Shown here piece after piece: positions 11,525-21,228 of a DNA stretch of 64,000 nucleotides. The position numbers and the translations under genes are program-made. The notes below the pieces were generated by a model. That model saw only the letters and a program-made list of their open reading frames with translations, made no database searches and was not told the origin of the DNA. The DNA comes from Phyllobates terribilis. Taxonomy: Eukaryota. Position 1 is the first letter of the stretch. Every line of letters begins with the position of its first letter. The stretch spans positions 532,952,001-533,016,000 of the forward strand of contig NW_027362771.1 of NCBI RefSeq assembly GCF_046119375.1, read 5' to 3'.

Positions 11525-12393
11525 GGCACATTCTTCAGTGACTTTTCACTAGGAAGATGCTCGATACTTTACAATACAAATCAATGGGATGACTAAATGC
11601 TCGAAAGACACCAGTGCGAGTTTTTGCACTTTTTTTTCAGTGCTTCCTTTGCAAAAACTGTTAGCAGTCTTTTGATTTCCTCATGGAGATCAGAAAAACG
11701 TCCAGAGATCAAATAAGCTGGGGAATAAAAATGTTAGGGAGACAACAGACAAAAAAAAACTAGCAAAAGACTCGTCAAGTTTACAAAACCTCCATACAAA
11801 AGGAAAGTTTTCCGAAGCGTCTTCTGCTTTTTAAACAGCAGAAAAAGACACAGTGTGAACACACCCTAAAAGTTTGCTTTTTATAGAAAACGCTGCTGCG
11901 TCTCTGGTAACCACCAGGTGGCGGTAGGAAGCCTTACTTATGTGTAATGTTGTTTGTTGCTTATCTTGGGAAGGAGTCACATATACTTTATGACACAGTA
12001 ATTAGAAGGCTGAAACCTAGAGACAGTTGTAGGTAAGCCAGTGGTCTGCTCCAGAACACACCCCAAGGGTATAAGCACGCGGAGTCTTTTTGCTGAGTTT
12101 TCAGAGCAGAAACTGACGGGAAACTCAAAGTTTTTGAAGAGTTTTGAGATTTGGAGAGCTACTCCAGTAGGAGTACACACCCAAAAATGATGCACGACAG
12201 AGCACACGTTCGCTCTGTCGGCACCATTATAGTCTAAGGCCCCGTCGGCACCATTATAGTCTATGGACCCGTCAGCACATACACCCAAATCCCGTTTTGC
12301 AGGGGGGGTTCGGACTCAAGCCCCGAAGGGACCAAGGAACAGGTGGCAAAACACAGTGTGAAAGGGCCCTAAGAGATGCCGTGTGCACATTCC

Positions 12394-12790
12394 TTAAAGA
12401 GGTTGTCCACTACTTTTAAATTGATGGCCCATCCTCAGGATAGGTGATCAATGTCTGATCGGCTGGGGTCCAACACCCGGCAACCCTGCGATCAGCTGTT
12501 AACAGTGTTGGCGGCAGAGGCTACCGTCTGAAAGTGCTCACTTGCCAAGCTGCTCCGTCTTCTCGTAGTGGCCGCCCAGGGTACTGCACATCCGCCTCAT
12601 TGATTTGAATAGAAGTTTGATGTGCAGTACCAAGCCCCGACTACTACAAGGAGACAGAGCAGCTCAACAAACGAGTATCTCCGGCGACACTGGTAACAGC
12701 TGATCGGCGGTGGTGCTGGACCCCGACCAGACATGGATGACCTATCCTAAGGATAGGCCATCAATATAAAAGTAGTGGACAACCTCTTAA
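12394..12790. mobile_element. T2/Kolobok-type MITE (TTAA-flanked)
   Basis: TTAA-AGAGGTTGTCCACTACTTT ... AAAGTAGTGGACAACCTCT-TAA terminal inverted repeats with extended subterminal symmetry. Confidence 0.75.
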
Positions 12791-13849
12791 AGGGCTTTTT
12801 CTCCTGAGCCCTCATACACATGAATTATAATTGGATGAGGGGCGTTGTCTATGATGCTGGCTTATCTCCTCTGCAAAATGATCGGGCATTAAAATTTAAC
12901 ATGCCCAGTCCTCACAATCTGCTAGGGAAGAATCAGGAGACCCCATATACATAGGGCAGTCCCGTTGAGATTGGCAGGACCAGACGACCTTGCACCAATG
13001 TGTATCGGGGCCGTACGTTTTCTTACCCCTTACTAATTAACTAAGACTCATATCTGCTTATTTAGACACCAAACTAATTTAGGGGGGGGGGGGAATCAAC
13101 GCACATAAACCTAATTCTAGATTACTCATAGGATTAAGGGGTTATCGGGACCACAGACATGAATATAGGGTGTGCCCAGAAACACCCTAATATAGTCCAA
13201 CATAAGTCCTGTATGAGCGGAGGTAGCTCATTTCCTGGGTGCACATCATAACCAAACACACCTATGCACACCTATGATCGGGATTATTGTTATGTGACAC
13301 TTCTGTGTTTCTTGCAATTTTATTAGTACCGGGAAAATGTGCACGTCCTCTGTGTACTACTCTCAATGCGGCAGAAAATGGGTAGAAAAATAGACCAAGT
13401 TCATTTAGAGAGTACCCAGTGCAGACGATGCCCCATTTCTAAATAATGAAGTTCCCAATGCTGCAAACCGCTATTATATGTGAGAATGGCTGCTAGGTAG
13501 TAGCACAAGATAAATGAGTCTGGTGTGTGAGCAGCGTGTGCCCAGTGGATGCCCGTCCATCACCGCCAGCTCCATTGCAGATACGCACACTGTACTATAC
13601 AAACAGAAATATTGCATTGTCAGGGGGTAAATGGATGTGTGCACATTACCATAACTCACAGGATGGTGTATACTTCCTGGCACTTTGTGTAAATTACTGA
13701 TATAGATGTTCCTATTGATGCCAGTGAATAATGTCATCTCCCGCTAAGTGTTAGTGAGAGTTATAGGGGCAGCGCCACCTGCAGGATTGATTCCTAATAT
13801 TAAGAAATAAAATACCTGCTCCTGAAAGAAATAAAATGTCCTTCTCTTC

Positions 13850-14433
13850 CATAAATCTAGTTTTAACCCCTATTTGAACTCATCGTGTTTCTTCCCTCTA
13901 GTAACCTACCTAAGCCCAATATTACCATCTCCGTGTGTGATTCTACCATTACTCCTCAGCAGCACGCCTGCTGTGTTGGGGTTATATTTGACTCAGATCT
14001 TTCCTTCACTCCCCACATCCGATCACTCACTCGCTCCTGTCACCTGCACCTGAAACACATCTCTAGAATCCGACCTTTTCTCACCTTTGAAGCTGCAAAA
14101 ACTCTTACTGTCACTCTTATTCATTCTCATCCGGACTACTGCTACCCTCTACTGATCAGTCTCCTCTTACTAAACTCTCCCCTCTCGAATCCGTCCTGAA
14201 TGTGGCAGCCAGGATCATATTCCTGTCCAGCGATTACACTGATGTCTCTACCCTGTGCCAGCCATTGCACAGGTTACCCATCTGCTACAGAGTCCAGTAT
14301 AAACTTATCACTCTCATCCACGGTTCAGCACCATCCTACATCTCCTCCCTCATCTCAATCTACCACCCTACCTGTGCCCTCCATTCCACTAATGACCTAA
14401 GACTAACATCCTCTAGAATCTGAGCCTTCCACT
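13850..14433 (+). mobile_element. Decayed L2-clade LINE fragment (RT C-terminus), left part; host of element B
   Basis: Translates GVIFDSDLSFTPHI...ISRIRPFL...LIHSHPDYC, homologous to the L2 RT at 38431-40107; frameshifted; continues at 19211. Confidence 0.85.
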
Positions 14434-15672
14434 TGACGCGCCCCCTGGGCCGTGTGTGGGCGACTACCCGGAGCCGGGTCTCTGTGTAATGCTGGGGGTT
14501 GTAGTCTCCGTGGCGGCGACCCGGTCACGTGGCTCAGGGTGGTCAAACCAGTGGCGGATCTGTCTACTTGGTTTTTAATGTTGAAATGTCCGACTACGCC
14601 ACCCGTGGATTGCGGTCACTGAGAACCGCCGCTGCGGGGCAGACAGCTGAGGCTGATGTTGTGTGCGCAGCAGAGGGTAGTATAACTCCCCACGGGAGGA
14701 GTATAGCCTCAGGGCAGTGAGTGCAGATGATGGGGGTGATGGTGCGCGGGAGCAACAGTAATGACTCAGAGTCCAGTGATGCAGTCCAGGGTCTTTACTC
14801 ACAGTTTTTACACTCCAAGCCACTTCTGCAGGTAATGGCTGCCCACGTCGTGCTGTGCTCACCAGGTGAGAGGCTCGGCCAACTCCCAGGTACCTTTGGA
14901 ATGCTTTTCAGGACCCCCTTCGTGTGTCCTTCCTCTGGCCCGTCGTACCCCACAATTGACCACACTTCTGTCCAGCTGCCTCGGGCCTTGGCAGGCAAAC
15001 GTATGTTCTGTTTCCCTGGGCCCTATATGGTGCCTTCCTAACGGGTGTAGTGAGGAGCCGTGATACGTACAATGCCACAGCCTCCGGTTACTAGCTGAGG
15101 GTAGTTGCTCTCCTCCACTAGCTGAGGGATCCGGTTCCCTTTCTTGGCCTGACCCCCCTACTCTGGTAGCGGCGGGCGTACGGTGGCGACTGGCCGGTCC
15201 GCACCCCTGGGGTCCCTTCACTCCACTCCTGGAGCCTCCTCCGCTCCTCTCCTCTCTGACTGAACTCAGCAACTCTTCTCTTCTCCAGGCTCAGGCCTTG
15301 AGACTTGGTCTCCCTGCGGAGCAGAGCCCGTACAGAGCCCCTGCTCCCAGTCTTCCTCTCTCTCTTCTCTCTGACTCCAAGATGGTGCCCACCTTATATA
15401 CTCCTCTTTCCAGTGCACCCTGAATCTACTCTCCCCACCCACACACTACCGGGTTCCCCCTTTCTAGGTGTTCCCTCCCCCCACTCCAGCCAGGGACAGG
15501 GGCAGTTGTGCTCACTCTTGGGAGCATTGTCGCCCTGTCCACAGGAAATGTGGTGTAGTGCAAGTGGGTGTTAGGGTCCTGAGCCACACTCCATCCTTAC
15601 CTGGAAGTGAGATATCACACCTCTGGGTGAGATGCAATACCTCTATAGCGACCGAACCCTCGGGGCGCTACA
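14434..15672 (-). repeat. 3' LTR of element B
   Basis: Direct repeat of 17973-19210; AGTAAA at 14794-14799 (minus). Confidence 0.95.
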
Positions 15673-15682
15673 TTCCCCCCCT
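15673..15682 (-). promoter_or_regulatory. Polypurine tract of element B
   Basis: Minus strand AGGGGGGGAA abutting TGTAGCGCCCC; same type as the element A PPT. Confidence 0.9.
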
Positions 15683-16320
15683 GGTAAATCACAGCACGTC
15701 CGCGGGCTGCAACAGAGCAAAAGACAATTGATTTCAAGACATGCAGAATTAAAGTTGTTGTTTTTTTTGTTTGTTTTTTTAACGTTACTTGTTATAAAAC
15801 TTTTCTCTTTTCAAAAATATTATAATACTTTCTTCACATATATAGGACATTATAAAACTCTTTTCACTTGCATAAACACATTTGTCACATATAAAACATT
15901 TTTCTTCATAAACATTCTTCATGTAACACTTCTATCAACTGGTCACAGTGCACTTTGCAACCCGGTGTCCATCTTTCCATAAAGTGCAAATTTGCGAACA
16001 TGAGGGACCCGTCCCAAACCCTCAACGGAGGCCCTGGGGTGGCTGCAGGGCATAGATGATCCAGGTGTTGGACCACGTCTTCGGCCACCTCCAACGGGTT
16101 TTTGTTCTGAGGTCATAGGTTGTATTAATATAAAACCAATAGGGGGCACTTTAATAAGTGCAATTATTTACAAGGAAAGTTTTTTGGGAGATCACCGTCC
16201 TCTTCCCTATTGTCTCTATACCTACACGGGTAACTAATTAAACAGACACAAAACCGGTCAAACTTGCAAAGTTTCCTGCACCCTTTCAAGTAACTTATTT
16301 ACAGTTTCTGCTGCTGCTCT

Positions 16321-17478
16321 CTAGTAGCGGTGTCCCCCTGGTGGACGTTCCTGCTCATCAAATTCTTCAGACCCGTCCGGGTCCTCCGTGTAGCAGGATT
16401 CAGGGTAGCGCTGTTCTTCTACCCGCTGAACGTTGAGGGCGTACCAACCCCGCAGGCCTCGATGTCGGGAGTATGACACCAGATTCCACTGGAACACAAC
16501 CCGTCTCGGGTGACCCTCGGGCAGGCGACTCTCCACATCCCTCCGGTTGACAAAGATGTCTGTGTTCGTCGCCGGGTCCCGAATGAACCCCCACCCCTTC
16601 TTCTGGTGGAACCCGACCACAGTCCCGGTGACTTTGGGACCGCATGCAGCCTGGGGGTCTCGGCTGGCCCGGGTCTTTTCCTCCGCGCTCCGGGCCTGTA
16701 GCTGCTCCTGTTTTTGGCGCCGCGCCTGCCTCTCCTTTTCCAGCTGCGCCAACTCCCGGTGGCGGAATTCTCGCCTGCGGGCTGAGTCCGCCTGCGTCTC
16801 TTGCGAGAACCCCATCAGGACCTCCCCGGTCTGGTCCCACTCAAATTGGACCTCTTCATCCGGGAGCTGGGGGATGGTGATTGGCTGCGGAGCGGGCAGG
16901 AGCGGAGGAAGCGGGGCCTTGGCCTCCGCGTACGGGTCCCTCCGGTGGCAAGGGTGAACCCATCCGCGTAGTAAGGGGACCGGCTCTCCATCAGGATCGG
17001 TAATTTGACTATACAAGTCCGTGCCCAGGGGTGGTAATGTTGGGACCGGGGGCGCTAGTTGGTGGAAGGCGCCTGGGGGCATCAGGCCTTGCAACCAGGC
17101 CTGGAGCGGGTCGCTTCCGGCCGCACCCGGGATCAAGAGGCATGGTGTGGGGCGTGGTCCGGCGGCTGCGCTTGGGGCCTGGGGCCTAGGTGTAGGCGGC
17201 GGGAGTGGAGGAGGTGCAGCGACTCCCGGGACGATCGGCTCCACGGCGGGGTCCAGGGGCAGGCTAATGGCGTCAGGGCTTGTAGCAGGGGCGTCCCTCT
17301 TACCTGCTCCCATAGCAGCGCTGCTCTCGGCCTCTGGCCGTCTCTCTCTGTCCTCGGGGGCAGGCACGCTGTCAGGTGCTGGCAGCGCCGCTTGCTGCTG
17401 GGTCGCGACCCGCCGGTCCATTTCCTCTTTCCACCCCGCGATGGCCTCCCGCTGTGCCTGGACCATCCTCCGGTCCAA
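16321..17478 (-). CDS. Cold-shock-domain protein (coiled-coil / Pro-rich / charged helix / CSD / acidic tail); probably the 3' part of a longer frameshifted ORF starting near 17857
   Basis: 385 open codons; residues from 282 (nt 16420-16635) KVTGTVVGFHQKKGWGFIRDPATNTDIFVNRRDV...GLRGWYALNV align with CSDs (RNP1-like KGWGFI, RNP2-like DIFVN). The listed start is a TTG, so the true start is uncertain. Confidence 0.8.
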   Translation of the reverse strand: MDRRMVQAQREAIAGWKEEMDRRVATQQQAALPAPDSVPAPEDRERRPEAESSAAMGAGKRDAPATSPDAISLPLDPAVEPIVPGVAAPPPLPPPTPRPQAPSAAAGPRPTPCLLIPGAAGSDPLQAWLQGLMPPGAFHQLAPPVPTLPPLGTDLYSQITDPDGEPVPLLRGWVHPCHRRDPYAEAKAPLPPLLPAPQPITIPQLPDEEVQFEWDQTGEVLMGFSQETQADSARRREFRHRELAQLEKERQARRQKQEQLQARSAEEKTRASRDPQAACGPKVTGTVVGFHQKKGWGFIRDPATNTDIFVNRRDVESRLPEGHPRRVVFQWNLVSYSRHRGLRGWYALNVQRVEEQRYPESCYTEDPDGSEEFDEQERPPGGHRY

Positions 17479-17857
17479 ATCCTCCAGCCCGGAGGAATTC
17501 AGGGTCCTCTCTGGGGAGCTGGGCCATCAGCTCCGCGAGGCTGCACAGAGCCGCTTCGGCCTGCAGCAGGCCACTGGTAAGGGTCCTGGGGCTGGCGCTC
17601 CTCGCCATTTCCGGGTGTGGTCTGCCAAGACTGATCCAAACCACACCCTGCCCTTCGGTTTTCTTTCCCTTCCGCCCCTGTTGGGGGTGGTCCCGGGGCA
17701 ACCTGCTGGCAATCACTCTCAGGGGCAGCCCCCCCACGTTGATGGACATCTCTACAGCCGCACTCATGGCCGTTGGGGGTGGGCTCCATCTTTGGCGCCA
17801 TTCTGGGACCTGGCCCACGATGGGAGGTGGCTTCTTGTTGTCTTTTGGCGCGCACAT
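17372..17857 (-). CDS. Upstream ORF of element B, probable N-terminal part of the CSD protein
   Basis: ATG at 17855-17857, about 90 nt after the PBS; helical segment LTSGLLQAEAALCSLAELMAQLPREDPEFLR joins LEDLDRRMVQ of the next frame if one G is skipped at ~17488-17491. Confidence 0.45.
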   Translation of the reverse strand: MCAPKDNKKPPPIVGQVPEWRQRWSPPPTAMSAAVEMSINVGGLPLRVIASRLPRDHPQQGRKGKKTEGQGVVWISLGRPHPEMARSASPRTLTSGLLQAEAALCSLAELMAQLPREDPEFLRAGGFGPEDGPGTAGGHRGVERGNGPAGRDPAASGAAST

Positions 17858-17945
17858 AATGGCGCCCGTTCTTCTGGGGCGGGCGCCACATTCAATACAG
17901 TGAAACAGTCTCTAGGCACACAATACCCGATGATAACGGGTTGGT

Positions 17946-17968
17946 TTCGAATCCTGCCGACTACGCCA
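17946..17968 (-). promoter_or_regulatory. Primer-binding site, tRNA-Ser (element B)
   Basis: TTCGAATCCTGCCGACTACGCCA equals the 3' 23 nt of tRNA-Ser(AGA/TGA)+CCA; same AAGT spacer to the LTR as in element A. Confidence 0.93.
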
Positions 17969-17972
17969 AAGT

Positions 17973-19210
17973 TGACGCGCCCCCTGGGCCGTGTGTGGGG
18001 AATACCCGAGCCGGGTCTCTGTGTAATGTTGGGGGTTGTAGTCTCCGTGGTGGCGACCCGGTCCCGTGGCTCAGGGTGGTGAAACCAGTGGCGGATCTGT
18101 CTACTTGGTTTTTAATGTTGAAATGTCCGACTACGCCACCCGTGGATTGCGGCCACTGAGAACCGCCGCTGCGGGGCCGACCGCTGAGGCTGATGTTGTG
18201 TGCGCAGCAGAGGGTAGTATAACTCCCCACGGGAGGAGTATAGCCTCAGGGCAGTGAGTGCAGATGATGGGGGTGATGGTGCGCGGTGGTGCGTGGGAGC
18301 AACAGTAATGACTCAGAGTCCAGTGATGCAGTCCAGGGTCTTTACTCACAGTTTTTACACTCCAAGCCACTTCTGCAGGTAATGGCTGCCCACGTTGTAC
18401 TATGCTCACCAGGTGAGAGGCTCGGCCAACTCCCAGGTACCTTTGGAATGCTTTTCAGGACCCCCTTCGTGTGTCCTTCCTCTGGCCCGTCGTACCCCAC
18501 AATTGTTCACGTTTCTGTCCAGCTGCCTCGGGCCTTGGTGGGCAAACATATGTTCCGTTTCCCTGGGCCCTATATGGTGCCTTCCTAACGGGTGTAGTGA
18601 GGGGCCGTGACACGTACAATGCCACAGCCTCCGGTTACTAGCTGAGGGTAGTTGCTCTCCTCCACTAGCTGAGGGATCCGGTTCCATTTCTTGGCCTGAC
18701 CCCCCTACTCCGGGCGTACGGTGGCGACTGGCCAGTCCGCACCCCTGGGGTCCCTTCACTCCACTCCTGGAGCCTCCTCCGCTCCTCTCCTCTCTGACTG
18801 AACTCAGCAACTCTTCTCTTCTCCAGGCTCAGGCCTTGAGGCTTGGCCTCCCTGCGGAGCAGAGCCCGTACAGAGCCCCTGCTCCCAGTCTTCCTCTCTC
18901 TCTTTTCTCTGACTCCAAGATGGTGCCCACCTTATATACTCCTCTTTCCAGTGCACCCTGAATCTACTCTCCCCACCCACACACTACTGGGTTCCCGCTT
19001 TCTAGGTGTTGCCTCCCCCCACTCCAGCCAGGGACAGGGGCAGTTTTGCTCACTCTTCGTAGCATTGTCGCCCTGTCCCCCGGAAATGTGGTCTAGTGCA
19101 TGTGGGTGTTAGGGTCCTGAGCCACACTCCATCCTTACCTGGAAGTGAGATATCACACCTCTGGGTGAGATGCAATACCTCTGTAGCGACCGAACCCTCA
19201 GGGCGCTACA
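17973..19210 (-). repeat. 5' LTR of element B
   Basis: Direct repeat; candidate TATATAA at 18932-18938 (minus). Confidence 0.95.
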
Positions 19211-19317
19211 CCACTCCCTATCTCTAAACGTCTCTCGTGCTGCACCACTTCCGTGAAATGTTGAGAACATGTTGGCACTATAGAAATAAAGATTATTAGC
19301 ATTATTTATTATTATTT
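19211..19317 (+). mobile_element. L2 fragment, right part with (ATT)n tail
   Basis: Continues the 13850-14433 sequence across the TSD; ends ATGTTGGCACTATAGAAATAAAGATTATTAGCATTATTTATTATTATT. Confidence 0.8.
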
Positions 19318-19913
19318 TTCTGGAGAGCAGACTTTGGGGAATGGCATGACTGTTTCCAGAGACAATATTTTATTAAGATTGGTGGAGGCTCCTGGGTAAA
19401 AAATGTAGAGTGGGCCTATCCATTAGAACATCATTGCATTGTGCTGGTCTGCTTGGAAAGAAGATGCCCGCTAAGCCATGGGGTTTCATTAGCTTGCAGC
19501 GCCGAGAGTCAAAGGCTCCCTTGGGACCACTAAACCAGATGGGAAGAATCAAGGTAGATAGGGAGTTTGGAGGTGGAAGCCTCAGGGTAACGTGACTTAT
19601 GTGCCCTCCCGCTAAACAGATGCTGCCGGCAGATATCTAATGTTTGTGGCTAACTTTAGCCCCACCTGCAATCAATGGGAGTGACCGGAGCTATGCCCAA
19701 AGCTTCTTAAGTATCTCAGCCACAGTTGTTCAAAAGTACCGGATACCCTCTTAAGGAGAACCTGTTAAGTGACAGCCAATCACTGGGCTCAGCAGTGATG
19801 CCGATGTAGGCAACTCAAGACCACTTAAATCAGTCATTGGCTGCAGTGGTCACATTCGGCAGTTGTGACATCACTGCTACCTTTATGCCAGCCAAGCCCT
19901 GGGCAATGCTGGG

Positions 19914-20523
19914 TGTCACGGGTGTATCAGGTTTTATTGACAGTCGCTCTGGATCCAGCTGTAGAAGGTCGCTGCGCTTGGCCTTGCAGACACCTTCTTG
20001 ATCCTTTCATCTTTGTAGTGTGGTGGTATCCTTTTATCACTGGGTCCCAGTGGTGATCTCCACCTTCTGCTGCTAATTGCCACACGCTTGCTTGATCTTT
20101 CAATGCCCTCAGTGTCTCCAGAGAGTCGCTGGTGATAAGAGTAAATTCCTCTGTTCAAGTCTGGTATACTAGCAGTCGGCTAGATTCGTCTTGGAGTTCC
20201 GTTGAGGATTGTAGTCGTGATCTCTCTGGTGTCTTCTCAAAGCTAAGTGTATCCTCTTGTCTGTTTCCCTTGTTTGTCTTTAGTTGCAGTCGGGGCTGAC
20301 TAGTGCTCACCCCTCTCCCTCCCTAGCAAGGGCCTAGCTCTAAGGACAGCCAATGTTTAAGTATCCTGCTCAGCGATAGGTGAGGGACCTATCTAGGGAC
20401 GATAGGGGAGTCAGGGTGTTGTTATATCTACCTAAGGGTCTCCACTCTCCCTTTCCCTAGTTGCTGGGCTTCCGCCCTTTTCCCTTCGTCGTTCACTGGA
20501 TCCTTCCCATACCTAGCATGACA
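19914..20523. mobile_element. Putative solo LTR (unrelated family)
   Basis: TGTCACG...CATGACA inverted termini spanning 610 bp; no convincing TSD. Confidence 0.45.
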
Positions 20524-21119
20524 GCAGGTAAGTATGCTCATTTTCTTCTCTTTATAAAGAGCAAGCTTGCGGAATACGAAAATCTTTAAGGTCATTTCCC
20601 ACATAGAGGGTTTTATCTTTTAGCCATTTTATACCGTTTTTTGAGACTAAAGACTAACAGCACACTACACACATTTTTTTTTGGCCTTTAGGTGGAGGTT
20701 TTAGGGTCAGTGATGTCTTATATATTAGAACCCATTTTCAAATACCTCATTAGCTGGAGGTCTCCATTTAGGACCCTCATCTTACTCTGTCTCTTACTCT
20801 GGAGAGCCCATGAGAAGAGAGAGTTTATTGAGGTCAATGGGAATGGTGTAATGCTTTATGTCCCCAGTGATGGTGCTGCAAAGGTATTGCACACTTACCA
20901 TTGCGTATGCAATCCCATTGATTTTGGCACAAAAAAAGCGTATATCAGCGTCATCTGGACACTCTACCAAAAAAGAAAATTTGTGCCTTTTGGTGTCTTT
21001 GATGCAGCTCTGAGAAAATGGGTGAAGCTGGGCGGGGATGGGGTGTGGGAACACCCGCTCGTTAAATTCATTATTAAGGAAGAGTCAAACGGCTTTATAA
21101 CTCGGGTGAGGATCACATC

Positions 21120-21228
21120 GCAATCCTCGGACTGGCCGGCGGCTCTCCCGACCCGAGTGTGGCAGCATGTATTTCTTTGCAGCTTTCACGCTCGGGTCAG
21201 GAGAGCCGCCGGCCAGTCCGAGGATTGC
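21120..21228. repeat. GC-rich palindrome / MITE core
   Basis: GCAATCCTCGGACTGGCCGGCGGCTCTCC is perfectly inverted over 29 bp, extending to about 42 bp with mismatches. Confidence 0.9.

Larger units (their letters stand above)
14434..19210 (-). mobile_element. Non-autonomous LTR retroelement (element B) encoding a cold-shock-domain protein
   Basis: LTRs 14434-15672 and 17973-19210 (about 95-97% identical by eye), TGT...TCA ends, 5-bp TSD CCACT (14429-14433 / 19211-19215), tRNA-Ser PBS, PPT; the 2.3-kb interior has no PR/RT/IN/CCHC motifs. Confidence 0.93.

Noticed and set aside
16420-16635. Processed pseudogene of host YBX1/LIN28
   Set aside because: Similarity is confined to the CSD at low identity, with no Y-box tail, no Lin28 CCHC knuckles and no poly(A); it is embedded in a longer ORF between LTRs.
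17941-17968. Possible tRNA-Ser gene (also at 7241-7259)
   Set aside because: Only the 3' 19-23 nt including CCA are present, next to an LTR; this is a PBS, not a tRNA gene.
17021-18082. 353-aa plus-strand ORF and other overlapping ORFs in element B
   Set aside because: GC-rich antisense or alternative frames of the CSD region with low-complexity G/A/P/R content; no motifs.
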